A DNA stretch of 64,000 nt from Vicugna vicugna (Eukaryota), in the NCBI GenBank assembly GCA_013265495.1, contig MU061668.1, positions 1,263,164 through 1,327,163 of the forward strand. Reading direction: 5' to 3'. The notes beneath the pieces are model-generated. The model was not told the DNA's origin and searched no databases. It saw nothing but the letters and a program-made list of their open reading frames with translations. Numbering within the stretch: position 1 is the stretch's first letter; each line of letters begins with the position of its first letter. The translations under genes were made by a program, and so were the position numbers. Below are positions 46,380-61,170 of this stretch, in pieces.

Positions 46380-49300
46380 GAAACAGAACATTGCTAGCTC
46401 CTTAGAAATTCCCTTTCGTCCCCTCGCGGTCAGTGCAGTCAGTAATCCCACTCTCCTCCCCGACGGGAAGGCTAGTTTGTTTTTTAACTTTACTTAAATA
46501 GAACTATTCGATATGCATTTGTTAGTGTCTGGCATCTTTTGCTCAGTGTTACAGTGTGAGATTTACCCGTGTTGCTGCATGTAGCAGTGGTTTGCTCATT
46601 TTCATTGCTATGTAGTAATGTATTTTATGACTCCATTAAAAAGTCTGTGTATTCTAATGCTGACGGATATTTGGGTTGGGTACAGTTTTGGTGATGACAA
46701 AAAAAACCTGTGCTGGTATTTGCGTGTGTCCTTATTTCTGGTTGGCACATGCCTGGATATGAAATTGCTGGCGTGGAGTATGTGTATGTCCCGCTAGAAA
46801 CTGTCAGTTTCCAAAATGGTGGTGTCAAGTTCCACTCCCACCAGCAGTGTATGAGAGTTCCAGTTGCTCCACATCCTTGCTATGCCAGCTATTGTCAGTC
46901 ATTTTAATTACCGCCATTCTGTCATGATTAAGTGGGTTTTAATTTGCATTGCCCTGGTGACTGCAGAGGTGGAACACCTTTTCAATTGTTCATTGACCGT
47001 TTTGGATATTCTCTTTTGCAAAGTGCCTGTTCAGTCCCCTTGTCCATTTTTCTACTGGTTGTCTTTTCTTAATTTATATGTTGTAGTTCTTTATATATTA
47101 TGGATACAAGACTTTTGTCAGTTACACATGTTGGAAACGGTTCTCCCACTTCTGTGGGAGTGGTGTCTATTGATGAACAGAAGTTTTAATTTTAATGTCC
47201 ACTTTTCAATCTTTTTCTTTGTAATTAGTGTTGGTACCCTAATTAAGAACTCGAACAAGACGATATTCTCCCAAGTTGCCTTCTAGTGGTTTTTACCTTG
47301 TAACTTTTGCATTTATCCATCCTCCACCTGGAAATGATTTCTGTGTATGACATGAAGTAGGAGCCAAGATCCCCCCCGCCGCATGTATACTTAACTGATC
47401 CAGCACCACCTGTTGGTGCAGACTCTGTCGTAAATCGAGGGGCTCCATGTGTGTAAATCAAAGGTCATTTTCTGGAGTCCTTATTTTGTTCCCTATTTGT
47501 TCAAACTTTACCAACACCAAACTGTATTAGTTATCATAACTTTATAGTAAGTATTGATATACAACAGAATAAGTTCTCAGTTTTTGTGTTCTAAGCTGTT
47601 TTGCTATTCTTGGCCACTTAAACTTCCATACAATTTTAGAATAATCCCGTTTATTTAAAAAATTGTCCTGGGATTTCAATTTGGTTGTTAATGTCTTTGT
47701 AATATTGGAGTATGTCAATCCATGAATATGGTATATCTGTTTATTCAGAGCTTCTCTAATCTCTCCATAATATATTGTGATTTTTCAGCATAGAGGTCTT
47801 CTATGTCTCTCATTAGATTTATTCTAGGGTATTTAATTTTTGTGTGCTCTTATAAATTGTTTTAATTTTTCTGTTTGTTCCTGGTTATAGAAAAGTAATT
47901 GATTTTATTTTAATTTAAATTTAGTTTTAAATTACTTATAGTAAACTTTACTCTTTTTCATGTAAAAGTCCGTGAGTTTTGACAAATGCATAGAGTTCTA
48001 TAACCTCCACTGTAGCCAAGACCCAGAACAGTTTCATCACCTTCCCCTCCAACCAAAAAAAAAATTCCCTCATTTTACCCCTTTGTAGTCAGACTCTTCC
48101 CTCACCCATAATTCCTAACCACGGCTGGCCTGTTCTCTGCAGCTATGGTTTTGCATTTTCCAGAATGTCATGTAAATGGAATTATACTGTATATAGCCTT
48201 TTGAGTCTAGCTTCTTTCACTTGGCATGAGACATGTGAGATTCATCCGTGTTGTTGAAGGTTTTTATTGGATGCTGGTCACCTAGGTACTCTCTGCCTAA
48301 CAAATGTCAGAATTCCAGGCTGCTGGAAGGAAAGCAAGTGTTCAACGTGAATCACGTTGTTTATACAAACAGTCTGGGCGTAGTGTAGGAAATGGTTCAA
48401 GTGCCAAGTTCCCAGACCCAGCCAGGGGCCAGCCTTGTAAGCAGGTCCTTCTAAAGACAGCAGCCCCGGGTCTCCTGTGTTACCTCTTCTCTGCATATGG
48501 CACACTGCATAGAAGGGCAAAAATTTATTTATCCATTCATCCATGGAAAGATATTTGGATTGTCTTTAGTTTTTTGGTGATTATTAGTAAAGCTGCTATA
48601 AATACTCAAGAACAGGTTTTTATATGAGCATAGCTTTTCATTTCACTTGAGTAAATACTTTAGTGTTGGATTGCTGGGTTGTATGTGAATGTATATTTAG
48701 CTTTATAAGAAACTGCCAAACTATTTTCCCAAGTGACTGTTCCATTATGCGTTCCCATCAACAATGTAGGAGGGTTCCAGTTGCTCCAAATATTTGTCAC
48801 TATTTGATATTGTCAGCTTTTTCCCCCCCTTTTAGACATTCTAATAGATGTCTAGTGGTATCTCATTATCATTTTAATTTGCATTTGTCTAATTACTAAT
48901 GATGTTGAGCATCTCTTCTTGGGCTTATTTGCCATTCATATATTTTCTTTGGAGAAATATCTGTTGAGATCTTTTCAAAATTTTAAATTGGGTCATTTGT
49001 ATTCTTCTTGTTAAGTTTTGAGAGTCCTTACTCTGGATATAATTCCTTTATCAGCAATATGACTTTGAAATATTTTCTCCCAATCTGTGGCTTGATTTTT
49101 CATTTTCTTTACAGTATTTTTGTGGAGCAAAGTTTATCTTGATACTGCCCAGTTTATCATTTTTTTCTTTTCTGGATTGTGCCTGTGATGTTGTGTCTAA
49201 AAACTCTTTGCCTGCAAGTTGTGTCTTGTCTTCTGTAAGTAATGGTTGCAATGTCGGTTTAGTTTTCCTAGTCTTTACAGTGCTGTTTAGCTCTGCTCCT

Positions 49301-51460
49301 CACATGTGTACTCAGGGGTCACTCTGTAACTAGGGCAGCGGTTTCTATGGTAGTTTAGTTCTGAAAGCTCTTGCTGTGCTTTTGGGGGGTATTCTATGTG
49401 TGCACATGTTGGATGTGAGCCTAGGACTTAATGTCAGTGCATGCGTGAAAATGGCTCCCTTCCGCTCCCTCCTCTGAAGGATTTTCTCCACACTCGCCAG
49501 CTCCCAGCAGCCCCATTCTCTGATCCGAGTGGTAGCTGTTGACACTCTGACCTGGTTCTTCACAACCCGGCCTACCCCTGGGTGAAGTGGCAAGAGAAGA
49601 GGGACGTTTGAAATAGTGGGGACTCCGCCCACACGCTGCGCGGCAGGGGCTCCTTTCCCTGAGTTGTTAGGTGCCCACATCACTGCTACGACAGCAGTGT
49701 GGTGACGCCGCTGGGACTGGCCTGGTGACAGAGCCAGGAGAGGGGCAAGAGGAGACAGGGAGAGGATTTTCTCCACACTCTCAAGATCCCAGGGCCCTCT
49801 CTTCTGAGTCCTCTGGCTAGAAGGGAGGTCTTTGCTCCGAGTTTTTACTAACCAGCCCCACTGCTCACTTCTCTTGACTCAGGTCCTCCTCAAGTCTAAG
49901 CTGGGATGTGAGGAAGGGGAAAAAGTAAAACCAGGAAAAAACACCGCACTGACTGCGCCGCAAGTTTTGGCTTTCTGCTCCCCTCCCACAACCCACCTGC
50001 TGCCATTTGCCTTTCAGAGTCATCAGACTGGTTAAAAAGCATATTCTGTTCAGAGTATTTAGTTTAACGAGATGAAGAGCAGTATGCTTACTCAATCTGA
50101 ATCTGAACTGGAAAGCACATTGTATTCTACGCGTTGACTTTTTACCCAACAATCCTGCTCAGTTCACTTCTTAATAGTTTATCAGTAGATTCTTTTGGAT
50201 TTTCTACATACACAGAACTGCTTTCAGCAAGACTCATTTCTTTTCCAATATTATACCTGTTGATTTCTTTTCTTGCCTAGCTGCACTGGGTAAGTCCTCC
50301 AAGGCAATGTTCCACAGAAATGGTAATAGTAGACATTTTTGTCTCAGTCTCATCTTAGAGGAAGCATTTTCAGTATTTTTTCTGTTATGCTCTAGGTGTT
50401 GTTTTGAGACCCTTTATTAGGTTAAAGAAGTATTCTTTTATTCCTAGTTTGCTAAGCATTTTTTTTATCGTGAATTGATATTAAATTTAACCAAATACCT
50501 TTTCTGCATCTATTGAAATGAGCGTGTGATATTTCCCTTTATTCTACTATTGTGGTGAGTTTTATTGATTAAATTTCAAATGTTCAACTAATCTTAAATT
50601 CCCAACATAAATCCAACTTGGTTTTGATATGTTCCCTTTTTATATATCGCTAGATTTGGTTTGCTGATATTTTATGTAGAAGTTTGGTACGTGTATTTAC
50701 GAGAGAGGGTGGCCAATAATTTTTCCTTTCTCGTCATGTTCTCATCAGACTGGCCTTTTAAAGTGTAACAATCTGGGAGGTATTTGGGTTTTTTTTCCCC
50801 CTGTTACCTGCTAGTGCTTGTATATACTTGATTATTTCTCCCTTAAATATTTGGTAGAGTTTACCCAGTGAAGCCATTTGTCTTAGAATTTTCTTTCAGT
50901 GGAGATTTTAATTAAAACTTTTAAGTTTGATGCAGATAGGACTGTTCAGGTTTTCTGTTTGTTTTTGTGTTTATTTTGGTAAGTTGGATTTTTCTAGGGA
51001 TTTTCCTACTTAAATGTTTAAATATGTTGAAATAAATTTTTTAAAAAATTCTCTTACGATATTTTAATGACTGTGAAATATGTCGTGATACCTCCTTCTG
51101 CATGAATATTGATTTGTGTCTTCTTTTTTTGTTCTCCATGCTTCCATTTTGGATCATTTTCCTTTTGCGTTTAGAATTGTTTTCGTGTGTCTGCTGGTGT
51201 CTTTTTTTTTTTCCTCAATATATCTTTATTTCACTTTCATTTTTGAAGGCTATTTCCTATGTTTTGCAGTTATATTTATCCAGCCTTTAAAGATGTCTTT
51301 CTGCTGTTTTCTGGCTTCCAACACTTCTACTAAGAAGTCAGCTCTGTCTTATTGTTGCTCGTTTGACGGAATGTGTCTTTTTTCTGTGGCTGTTTTTTCT
51401 CTCCACCTTTGTATTTATCTTGTTATAAGTGAAGTTGAGCATCTTTTCATTTCTTTTTCA
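46380..51460 (-). mobile_element. Nested antisense old L1 fragments (L1MC/ME type)
   Basis: Continuous T-rich antisense L1 ORF2 and 3' sequence with internal second 3' ends (about 47900) and a 5'-UTR-like block (about 49230-50030). Confidence 0.75.
48272..48500 (-). mobile_element. MER21-like LTR fragment inserted in L1
   Basis: Reverse complement gctgctgtctttagaaggacctgcttacaaggctggcccctggctgggtctgggaacttgg…taggcagagagtacctaggtgaccagc resembles MER21. Confidence 0.65.
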
Positions 51461-51464
51461 ATTT

Positions 51465-54400
51465 TATAATTGTGGTAAAATGCACATAATATAATGTTTA
51501 TTATCCTAATCATTTTAAGTGTACATTTTAGTGGTATTAAATGCATTCATAATGTTGTGCAACCGTCACCACCGTCCATCTCCATTACTCTTTTTATCTT
51601 GTGAAACTGTCAGTCTGTATCCATTAAANNNNNNNNNNNNNNNNNNNNNNNNNNNNNNNNNNNNNNNNNNNNNNNNNNNNNNNNNNNNNNNNNNNNNNNN
51701 NNNNNNNNNNNNNNNNNNNNNNNNNNNNNNNNNNNNNNNNNNNNNNNNNNNNNNNNNNTCATATAATGTCCTCAAGGTTCATTCATGCGGCAGCATACAG
51801 CAGAAGTTCCTTCCTTTTAAGGGCTGAATAATATTCCATTGTGTGTATAACCACATTTTGCTTATCCGTTCATCTGCCAATAGCACTTGGGTTACTTCCA
51901 TGTTTTAGCTATTGTGAATGATGCTGCTATGAACACATGTACAGTATCTCTTCAAGACCCTCTTTTAGTTCTTTTGGGTATATACCCATAATGGATTTGC
52001 TGGATTGTATGATAATTTTTAAAAATTTTTTGAGGAACCACCATACAGTTTTCCACAGTGGCTGTACTGTTTTGCAGTCCCACCAACAGTGCAAGCATTC
52101 CGGTTTCCTGGGTTTCTTGATAGCAGCCATCCAAACGGATGTGAGGAGGCATCTCCCTGTGGGTTTGATTTCCATCCGCCTGATAATTAGTGATGCTGAA
52201 CGGTTTTTCATGCGCTTATTGTCCATTTGCATATCTTCTTTTGAGGAATGTCTATTCAAGTCCTTTTCCCAGTTTTTGGTCGGGTTGTTTGTTATTTTTT
52301 TGAGTTTTAAAAGTTACCTATATGTTTTGAATATTAATCTCATATATTATTTGCAATCAAATATTAGTTGCAAGTATTTTCTCCCAGTCTGTGAGTTGCC
52401 TTTTTACTCTATGGATAGTACGTGCACATTTGATGCACATAAGTTTTACTTTTATGAAGGATAAGTTGTCTGTTTTTACCTTTGTTTCCTTGCCTTTGGT
52501 GTCGTATCCATGAAACCATTGACGAATCCAATGTTGTAAAGCTTTTCTGCAATGTTTTCTTCTAAAAGTTATATTTTATGTTTTACATTTAAAGTCCTTG
52601 ATCCATTTGAAGTTAACTTTTGTATACAGTGTTAGATTAGGAGCCAACCTCATTATTTTGCACATGGATCCCGGTTTTCCCAGCACTATTTGTTGAAAAG
52701 ACTGCCCTTTCCCATTAAATGGTCTTGACACCCTTGTCACAAACCATTTGACTATATACGGGAGGATTTACTTCTGGGCTTTCCATTGTACGCTAGGGGC
52801 CTGTATGTTTGTCTCCATGCCAGGACTACAGTGCGCTGACGACTGTAGTAAGTTCTGAAATCGGGAAGTTTGAGTCCTCCGCAACTTTGTACTCCTTTGC
52901 CAAGGTAGTTTTGACTATTCACGGCCCCTTACAATTCCATGCGAATTTGAGGATTGGCTTTTCCCCTTGTGCAGAGAAAAGGCTGTTAGAATTTTAACAG
53001 GAAATGTGCCAAATCTACAGATCACTTTGGGTAGGACTGCTGTCGTAACAGTGGTCTCTCAGTACAAGCACATGCCTCCCATTTATTCAGGTCTTTAAAA
53101 TTTTCTTTCTGTAGTGTTTTATAGCATTCACTGCATGAGCCTTTCACTTTCTTGGTACATTTATTCCTAAGTGTTTTTACTTGTTAGAGGCTTATTCAGA
53201 TTTTGTATTTCTTCTTGAGTCAGTTTTGCTAGCTCATGTGTTTCTATTTGTCCATTTCATTTAGGGCATCTGATTTGCCAATGTACAGTTCACAAAACGC
53301 TCTTAAAATCCTCTCTAGTTCTGTAAGGTCAGTAGTATTGTCCCACTTTCATTTTTGATTTTAGTGCTTTGAGTCTTCTTTCTTTTTTCTTAGTCAGTCT
53401 AGCTGAAGATTAATGTTGTTAATCTTTTCCAACGTTTTTTAGTTGTTTCTCTATATTGCTTTTCTTTTCTCTATTTTCTTTATCTTGACTTCAGTCATTA
53501 TTATTTCCTTCCTTCTGGTAGCTTTAGGTTTTGTTTGCTGTTGTTCTTCTAGTGTAAAGTCAGATTGGTTAGAATCTTTCTTCTTTAGTTCTACACATTT
53601 TCTTCTGAGTACCGCTCTCAATGTATCCCATAAGTTTGGGTATATTTTGTTTTGTTTTGTTTTCATTAGTGTCAAAATTTCCCTTGTGATTCCGTCTTTG
53701 ATCCATTGGCTGTTTAAAAATGTGTTGCTTAATTTCTACATATTTATGAATTTTCCAAATTTCCTTCTGTTACTAATTTCTAATTTTATTCCATTGTTGT
53801 TGGATAAGGTATTTTGTATTATTTCATTCTTTTTTGATTGACTGAGACTTTCTCATAGGTGATTATGTGGTGTATCCTGAAGAATGTTCCATGTGTTCTT
53901 GAGAAGAATGTATATTCTGCTGTAGTTGGGTTACATGATCTATATGTCTCTTAGGTCTCATTGGCTTGCAATGTTCTTCAAATTATCTGTCTCCTTGTTT
54001 ATCTTTCGTCTAGTTGTTCTGTTCTTGAAAGCATGGTGTTGAAATCTCCAACTGTTATTGTAGAATTTTCTGTTTCTCCCTTCAGTTCTGTTGGTTTGTG
54101 CTTCATATATTTAGAAGCTCTATTGTTGTATGCATATATGCTCATAATTGTTATATTTCTAGAGACAATGACCCTTTTTTCTATATATAAGGTCTTATTT
54201 GTCTCCTGAAATAATTTTGGCTTAAAGTCTACTCTTGTCTTACATTAGTTTAGCCACCCCTGCTCATTGTTGGTTATTATTGGCTTGCAGTTTTCCGTCC
54301 TTTCACTTGCAGCCTAGTTTAGTCTTTGAACCTAAAATGAGCCTCCTATAGAGAGCATATAGTTGGGTCATTTCTCGTCCCGCCCCATCCTGCCAGTCTC

Positions 54401-56300
54401 TTTTANNNNNNNNNNNNNNNNNNNNNNNNNNNNNNNNNNNNNNNNNNNNNNNNNNNNNNNNNNNNNNNNNNNNNNNNNNNNNNNNNNNNNNNNNNNNNNN
54501 NNNNNNNNNNNNNNNNNNNNNNNNNNNNNNNNNNNNNNNNNNNACTGTTTCTGGAAGAGATGAGCATTGGATTCAGTACACTGAGTAAAGGGACCAGTTC
54601 TCACCAATGTGGAGGGGCATCATCCAGGCCACTGAGGGTCTGAATGAAACGAAAAAGCAAAGGAAAGGCAAATTCCTCCTCTCTCTTCTTGAGCTGGAAA
54701 GTCCATCTTTTCCTGCCTTCAGACACCAGAGCTCCTGGTTCTTGGGCCTTTGGACTCCAGGACCTGCACAGCAGCCATGTGGTTCTTAGGCCTCTGTTGT
54801 CCTGGGACTGGGAATTACCCCTGATTTGGGGGTCTTCAGACTCAGATTGGATTATACCACTGTCTTTCCTGCAAGTTCCCCAGCTTGCAGACAGCGAATG
54901 GTATGACCTCTTGGTCTCCATAACCACGTGAACCAATTCCTATAATAAATTCCTTTTTTTATATGTATCTTATAGGTATATCTATATAGTCTATATTTCT
55001 ATCTACCTCCTATTGATTCTGTTTCTGTAGAGAACCGTGACTAACATGTATGGTTTTGAATCCCTTGTCATTTACTTTTCTATGTATTTTTAAGGTGTTT
55101 TCTTAGTAGTTCCTCTGGGGAATTACAGTAACAATCTAGTTTGAATTAATACCAACTTAGCTTCAATAGTATACAAAATCTGTCTCCCAGTTCCATCTTC
55201 CACCACGCTGTTGTTGTCACAAATTACATCTTTGCGCATTGTGTGCCCAGTGAACATAGATTGGTAATTATCGTTTTGTATGTTTGTATTTTAAGATCAT
55301 ATAGGAAAAAACAAAGGAGTTACAGACTGAAAATATAACAATACTGGTTTTGTCTTTACCAAAGTATTTACTGTCTTTTACCAGTGTTCTTTATTTCTTC
55401 ATATGGTTTCAAGTTACTGTCTAGTGTTCTTCCACTTCAGTCTAAAGGGAAGGCCTACTAGTGTCAAAATTCCTTAGCTTTTCTTTTTCAATCTGAGAAA
55501 TTCTTGAATTCTCTTTCATTTTTGAAGGATAAGTTTGCTCAAGATAGAATTCTTGGTTAGTAGGGTTTTTTTTTCTTTCTGCATTTTAAATATGTCACCC
55601 CATTGCACTCTGGCCCATATATGTATGTTAGTGTTCCTGATGATGTCCCACAGATATCATAGGCTCTACTCATTTTTTTCAGTTCTGTTTTCTTTCTGCT
55701 GCTCAGGTTGGATAATCTCAGCTGGCCTGTCCTTCATTTTGCTGATTCTTTCTTCTGCCTGTTCAGATTTGCTTTTGAATTTTTATTTCACTTATTGTGC
55801 TTTTAAGCTCAAGTTTCTGATAAGTTACTCTTTGTAATTTCTCTCTCTTTATTGATAGTCTCTATTTGGTAGGACATTGTTCTCCTGGTTTCCTTTAGCT
55901 TTTTGTCCATAGTTTCCTTTAGCACTTTGAGCATAATTAAGACGGTTGATTTTAAATCTCTGTCTAGTAAACCCAGTATCTGGATTTCCTCAGGGACCGT
56001 TTTTCTTCATTTCTTTTTTCCTGTGAATGAACCATACTCCCTTGTTTATTTTTATGCCTCGTAATGTTTTGTTGAAAACTGAATGTTTTGAATATTATAC
56101 TGTAGTAACTCTAGAAATCAAATACTCCCCTCTCTCTAGGATTTGTTGTTCTTTCCTGTAGTTTGCAGTTGTTTGTTTATTTAGTGACCTTTCTCAACTA
56201 CTTTTGTGAAGACTGTATTCTTTGTCACGTGTGGTCACTGAAGTCTCTGCTTAGCTAAATGATCAGTTAGTGAAATTTGATGGAGACTTTCTTAACTACC
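51465..56300 (-). mobile_element. Long antisense L1MB-type element interrupted by an LTR
   Basis: 3' end at about 51465 (ataattgtggtaaaatgcacataat…), ORF2 remnants to about 54400, inter-ORF/ORF1 remnants at about 55050-56300. Confidence 0.82.
54544..55048 (+). mobile_element. MLT2 (ERVL) solo LTR; 5' end hidden in the N gap at 54406-54543
   Basis: gggcatcatccaggccactgagggtctgaat…cttgagctggaaagtccatctt…aattcctataataaa…ttgattctgtttctgtagagaaccgtgactaaca is the MLT2 LTR end. Confidence 0.82.
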
Positions 56301-56679
56301 TGGACCTGGAGCCAAAAAATACGTATATTCTTCCAGTCTTTGCTGATTGCCTCTGTGTCTCCCAGGGTGAGTGCTCTTACCAGGCTTTTTCTATCATGAT
56401 TTCTGGACTTTTAAGTCATAATTGTGAAAGGCCTTCCCTCCTCCAAAACTGTAAATAATTTTCCCATATTTTCTACTAGAATTTTTATGGCTTAATTTCC
56501 CACATTTAAATCCTTAATCTACTTTAGACTTATCTTGATGTAAGTTGTGATTAATAGGTCCAAACTGCCCCTGGCCCAGATGTTCAGGTTCTTAAAAAAG
56601 AATATAATTCTTAAGTGTATTTAGCAAGTATTTATTAGTGTCAAAGAGCCTCAGAGTAATTATGAGCAGTAAATTCCTT

Positions 56680-56995
56680 GCATTGCCCTTGTCTTAGGGT
56701 GATCCAGTTTCTGATCCTAGCCCTTAACCACTTAATTGCCATGTGAACTTGGGCAACCCCTTCACCTGGTAGGAGCCTTCTGTTTTCTGCTCCGGATTAT
56801 CACAAAATAACCCAAGACAGTGTCCCTGCCAAGGGCTGTGGGCGCTGCAAAACGCCCACCAGGGTGTACGGCAGCGGCGGTCAGAGCAGAGCCCTAACAG
56901 CACTTCCTCTCTGGGTGGTGCTTGTTCCCACCCAAACACGGACCCCTCACAGCCTGCAGCCTCCCTGTGCGGCTCTGGCACGTGGTAGGTCCCCA
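56680..56995 (+). mobile_element. MIR relic
   Basis: tctgatcctagcccttaaccacttaattgccatgtgaacttgggcaacccc…gcacgtggtaggtccccagtaag. Confidence 0.55.
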
Positions 56996-57084
56996 GTAAG
57001 TATTGGTTTGATTATTTGTTGAATAGCTATTGCTTCTTTACTATTATTCCACTGAAGAGAATACTCCAAACTCATGGACTCATG

Positions 57085-57450
57085 GCGCTTATGTTCTGTT
57101 GGGATGGAGAAGTACAATAACCAAAATAAAGAAGGAAAACGTGTAGTATGTTAGATAGTGAGCGAAGCTAAGGGAGAGAACCGGGAACAAGGGGGAAGCT
57201 TGTTGTGTTAGAGAAGGTTTTACTTGAGAAGGTGACAAGGTGAGCTTTGCAGGCATCCAGGCAAGAAATGACCAAGGCCTGGACCATGGTACTAGGAGGG
57301 GGGCAGGAGAAGTGGCCGGGTTCCAGGTTTGTCTTGAATGCAGAGCAGACAGGCTTGCTGATAGATCTGATGGGCATGGGGTGTGAGAGAAAGATAGGCA
57401 TTTGGGACAACACCAGATTTTTGTTGGATGAATGAATGTGTCCCATGCTG
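57085..57450. mobile_element. L2 LINE relic
   Basis: agagaaggttttacttgagaaggtgaca…atccaggcaagaaatgaccaaggcctggacc…cagagcagacaggcttgctgatagat. Confidence 0.6.
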
Positions 57451-57491
57451 ATCCCATTTTGCATGTGAGAAAACAGGCACAGAGAGGTTAG

Positions 57492-58163
<672 letters not shown>

Positions 58164-59785
58164 TGAGACAGGTCAGGGGGCTGCAGTTTTCTTCCAGAGC
58201 ACTGGCTGCAGTGTGTGGTCATGTCCTGGAGTATTTAGAGGAGACACACTCACCACTGAGCCCTGGGGCTCAGCAGTGTTTGGCCGGGTCCTGTGTCTAG
58301 GTCCTGTGCCAGGCCCGGGGGCCACACTGATAGCAGCCCCGACAGGGGGCTGAGAGGACAGGCCTGGGCGTGTAGGAGCCTGGGAGTGGGGCTGGCCACC
58401 CCTGAGGGTCAGCCAGGGTCTCCCAGGGTGAGAGGGTTTTGGCAGGCAGGTGAGTGGTCCCAGCAGAGGCAGCGGCTCCCTGTGGTTCAAGTCCCAGAGG
58501 TCTGTCAGTCAGGGCTGTGTGGTACCCACCCCCACCTTCTTGCTGCAGCATCGCTCTGAGCCTCAGGGTCACTCTGTGTCAGCTAACACATCTCACGCGG
58601 TGGCCCGTCTCCAGACCAGGTGGAGCAGAGGGTGCCCCGTGAGCAGGAGAGCTTCATGTCCACTGCCGGCTTCCTTAGATCCTCTTCGCCCTGTGCCCTC
58701 TCCAGGCCATTGCCTTTGCCCGGCTGTAGCCCTGAGTTCTAAGTTCCCATGTCTGCCCTGGGGATGCCCCTTCCAGCCTGATCCCCGAGCGTCCACCCTC
58801 GGGCCTGCACTCCAGCAGTGCCTGGAACTTGGCATTGGAACCCTTCTGATCAGACACCAGATGTCTTTTAGAAGTCTCATACGTCAAAGCCACATGTATG
58901 TTCTAGAGCCAGTTCCAACTTAGTTATAGTCCGTGAGCATTTATCGAGCACTGCTCTGCACCCACCTGTGTACAGATACACTCCCTGCCCATGTGGGAAG
59001 TTAGAGTTGACTTTAGTTTCTCTCTGGGCTTTTAATTGCTCACTAATAATTGTCTGTGAGCACAGGAAGGCACAGGGCCTGGCCTGGCCACAGGCAGCTT
59101 GTGGGCGGCAGGGCCTGACCCGAGGTGGTTGAAGGGCTGGGACAGTGAGCAGTGGGGTTTGAGGAGGGCAGGGGACAGGCCGGCCTGCGGCGCATCCCAC
59201 AGGGACTGACAGGTGAAACCCCAGGTGCAGCTCTGTGTTTCACATTTTAAACTGTAAGTTCAGGGAAGACAGCTGGGGCATCTGGAATAAAAGACGGATA
59301 AAACCAGGAAATGTCAGCTACACGTTAGCCACATTAATGGACCTGCAGCATCCAGAAAAGGGAGGGGAACATGCCCACTGTAGTCTGGATTGGCCAGGCC
59401 CCACCTTGAGGTGTCGGCTTGATTCAGGTGCTGGCACTGGGTTGAATGCCTGGGAGGTGTCCAGAGGGGCAGCCAGTGTGGGGTTGGGGGTGGAGGAATC
59501 CTGAAAATGGGTGCCCCAGGAACACGGTATACCTTTACGTCTCTGCAGGGCTTCTCCCAGGCAAAGGGAATGAGCAAGTCCTGCAGACCCCAGAAGCTGA
59601 GCTAGTGGATGTCACGTGGTGGGGGCAGTCATCTCCGTGATGGCCTTCACCAGTAGGGGGCCCTGAATGGATCCAGGACATCCTCTAGGGACGGCCAAGG
59701 AGTGGTGCACGCAGGGGCTGAAGGGCCGCTGAGCAGGAGTTGGGAGGGGTGTTGGGTGGGACTCCAGGACTCAGAGGGAGCCTGG

Positions 59786-59835
59786 CCTGGCTGAGCACGT
59801 GGGAGTCTGACCTGGCTGAGCACGTGGGAGTCTGA
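59786..59835. repeat. Perfect 25-bp tandem duplication (cctggctgagcacgtgggagtctga x2)
   Basis: Read directly: 59786-59810 and 59811-59835. Confidence 0.95.
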
Positions 59836-60198
<363 letters not shown>

Positions 60199-60738
60199 TG
60201 ATGCTTAGCCCAGAGGACCAAATTCTCTTCATCCGTTGGTTTTTAAATAACTTTTTACTAAAAATAGGGTATGTAAAAACATATATATTCATTGTAGAAA
60301 TTTTGAAAAATGCAATTTAGAAAACAATCACTTCATCACATCACCCAGACGGCCTCATTGCTCCCGCGCCAGGCGCCTGCTCGGCCAGCGTTGTTGGGAG
60401 CCCTGGGCCACACCCCTGTGTCTGGCTTGTCTGGGCTTTTTTTCTGACTTTGAGGTCCTGCTTGTTAATTAGGATTTTTAACCGCAGCATAAGAATCATT
60501 TGATTTCTCTACCTGTGTTCCTTTTGTTGAGTGTTATTTCCTTTTTGGTTTTGGCCATAACAGATAACACTAATGGATATCCTTGCACAGAAATCTCTGG
60601 ACAGGCCTCTCTTTTGAGACTGACGTGTAGAGGGTGGGGTTCAGAGAGCAGTGGGACAAGATTCCTGCCCCTCAGGGGACCAGCTCATTAGTGCACATGG
60701 ATGAGCGGGTTAGAGGCAGCGCGGGCTGGGGCCTCTGA

Positions 60739-61170
<432 letters not shown>

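Noticed and set aside
48343-48359. caacgtga-a-tcacgttg palindrome
   Set aside because: Arms are only 8 bp and lie inside an LTR relic; compatible with chance.
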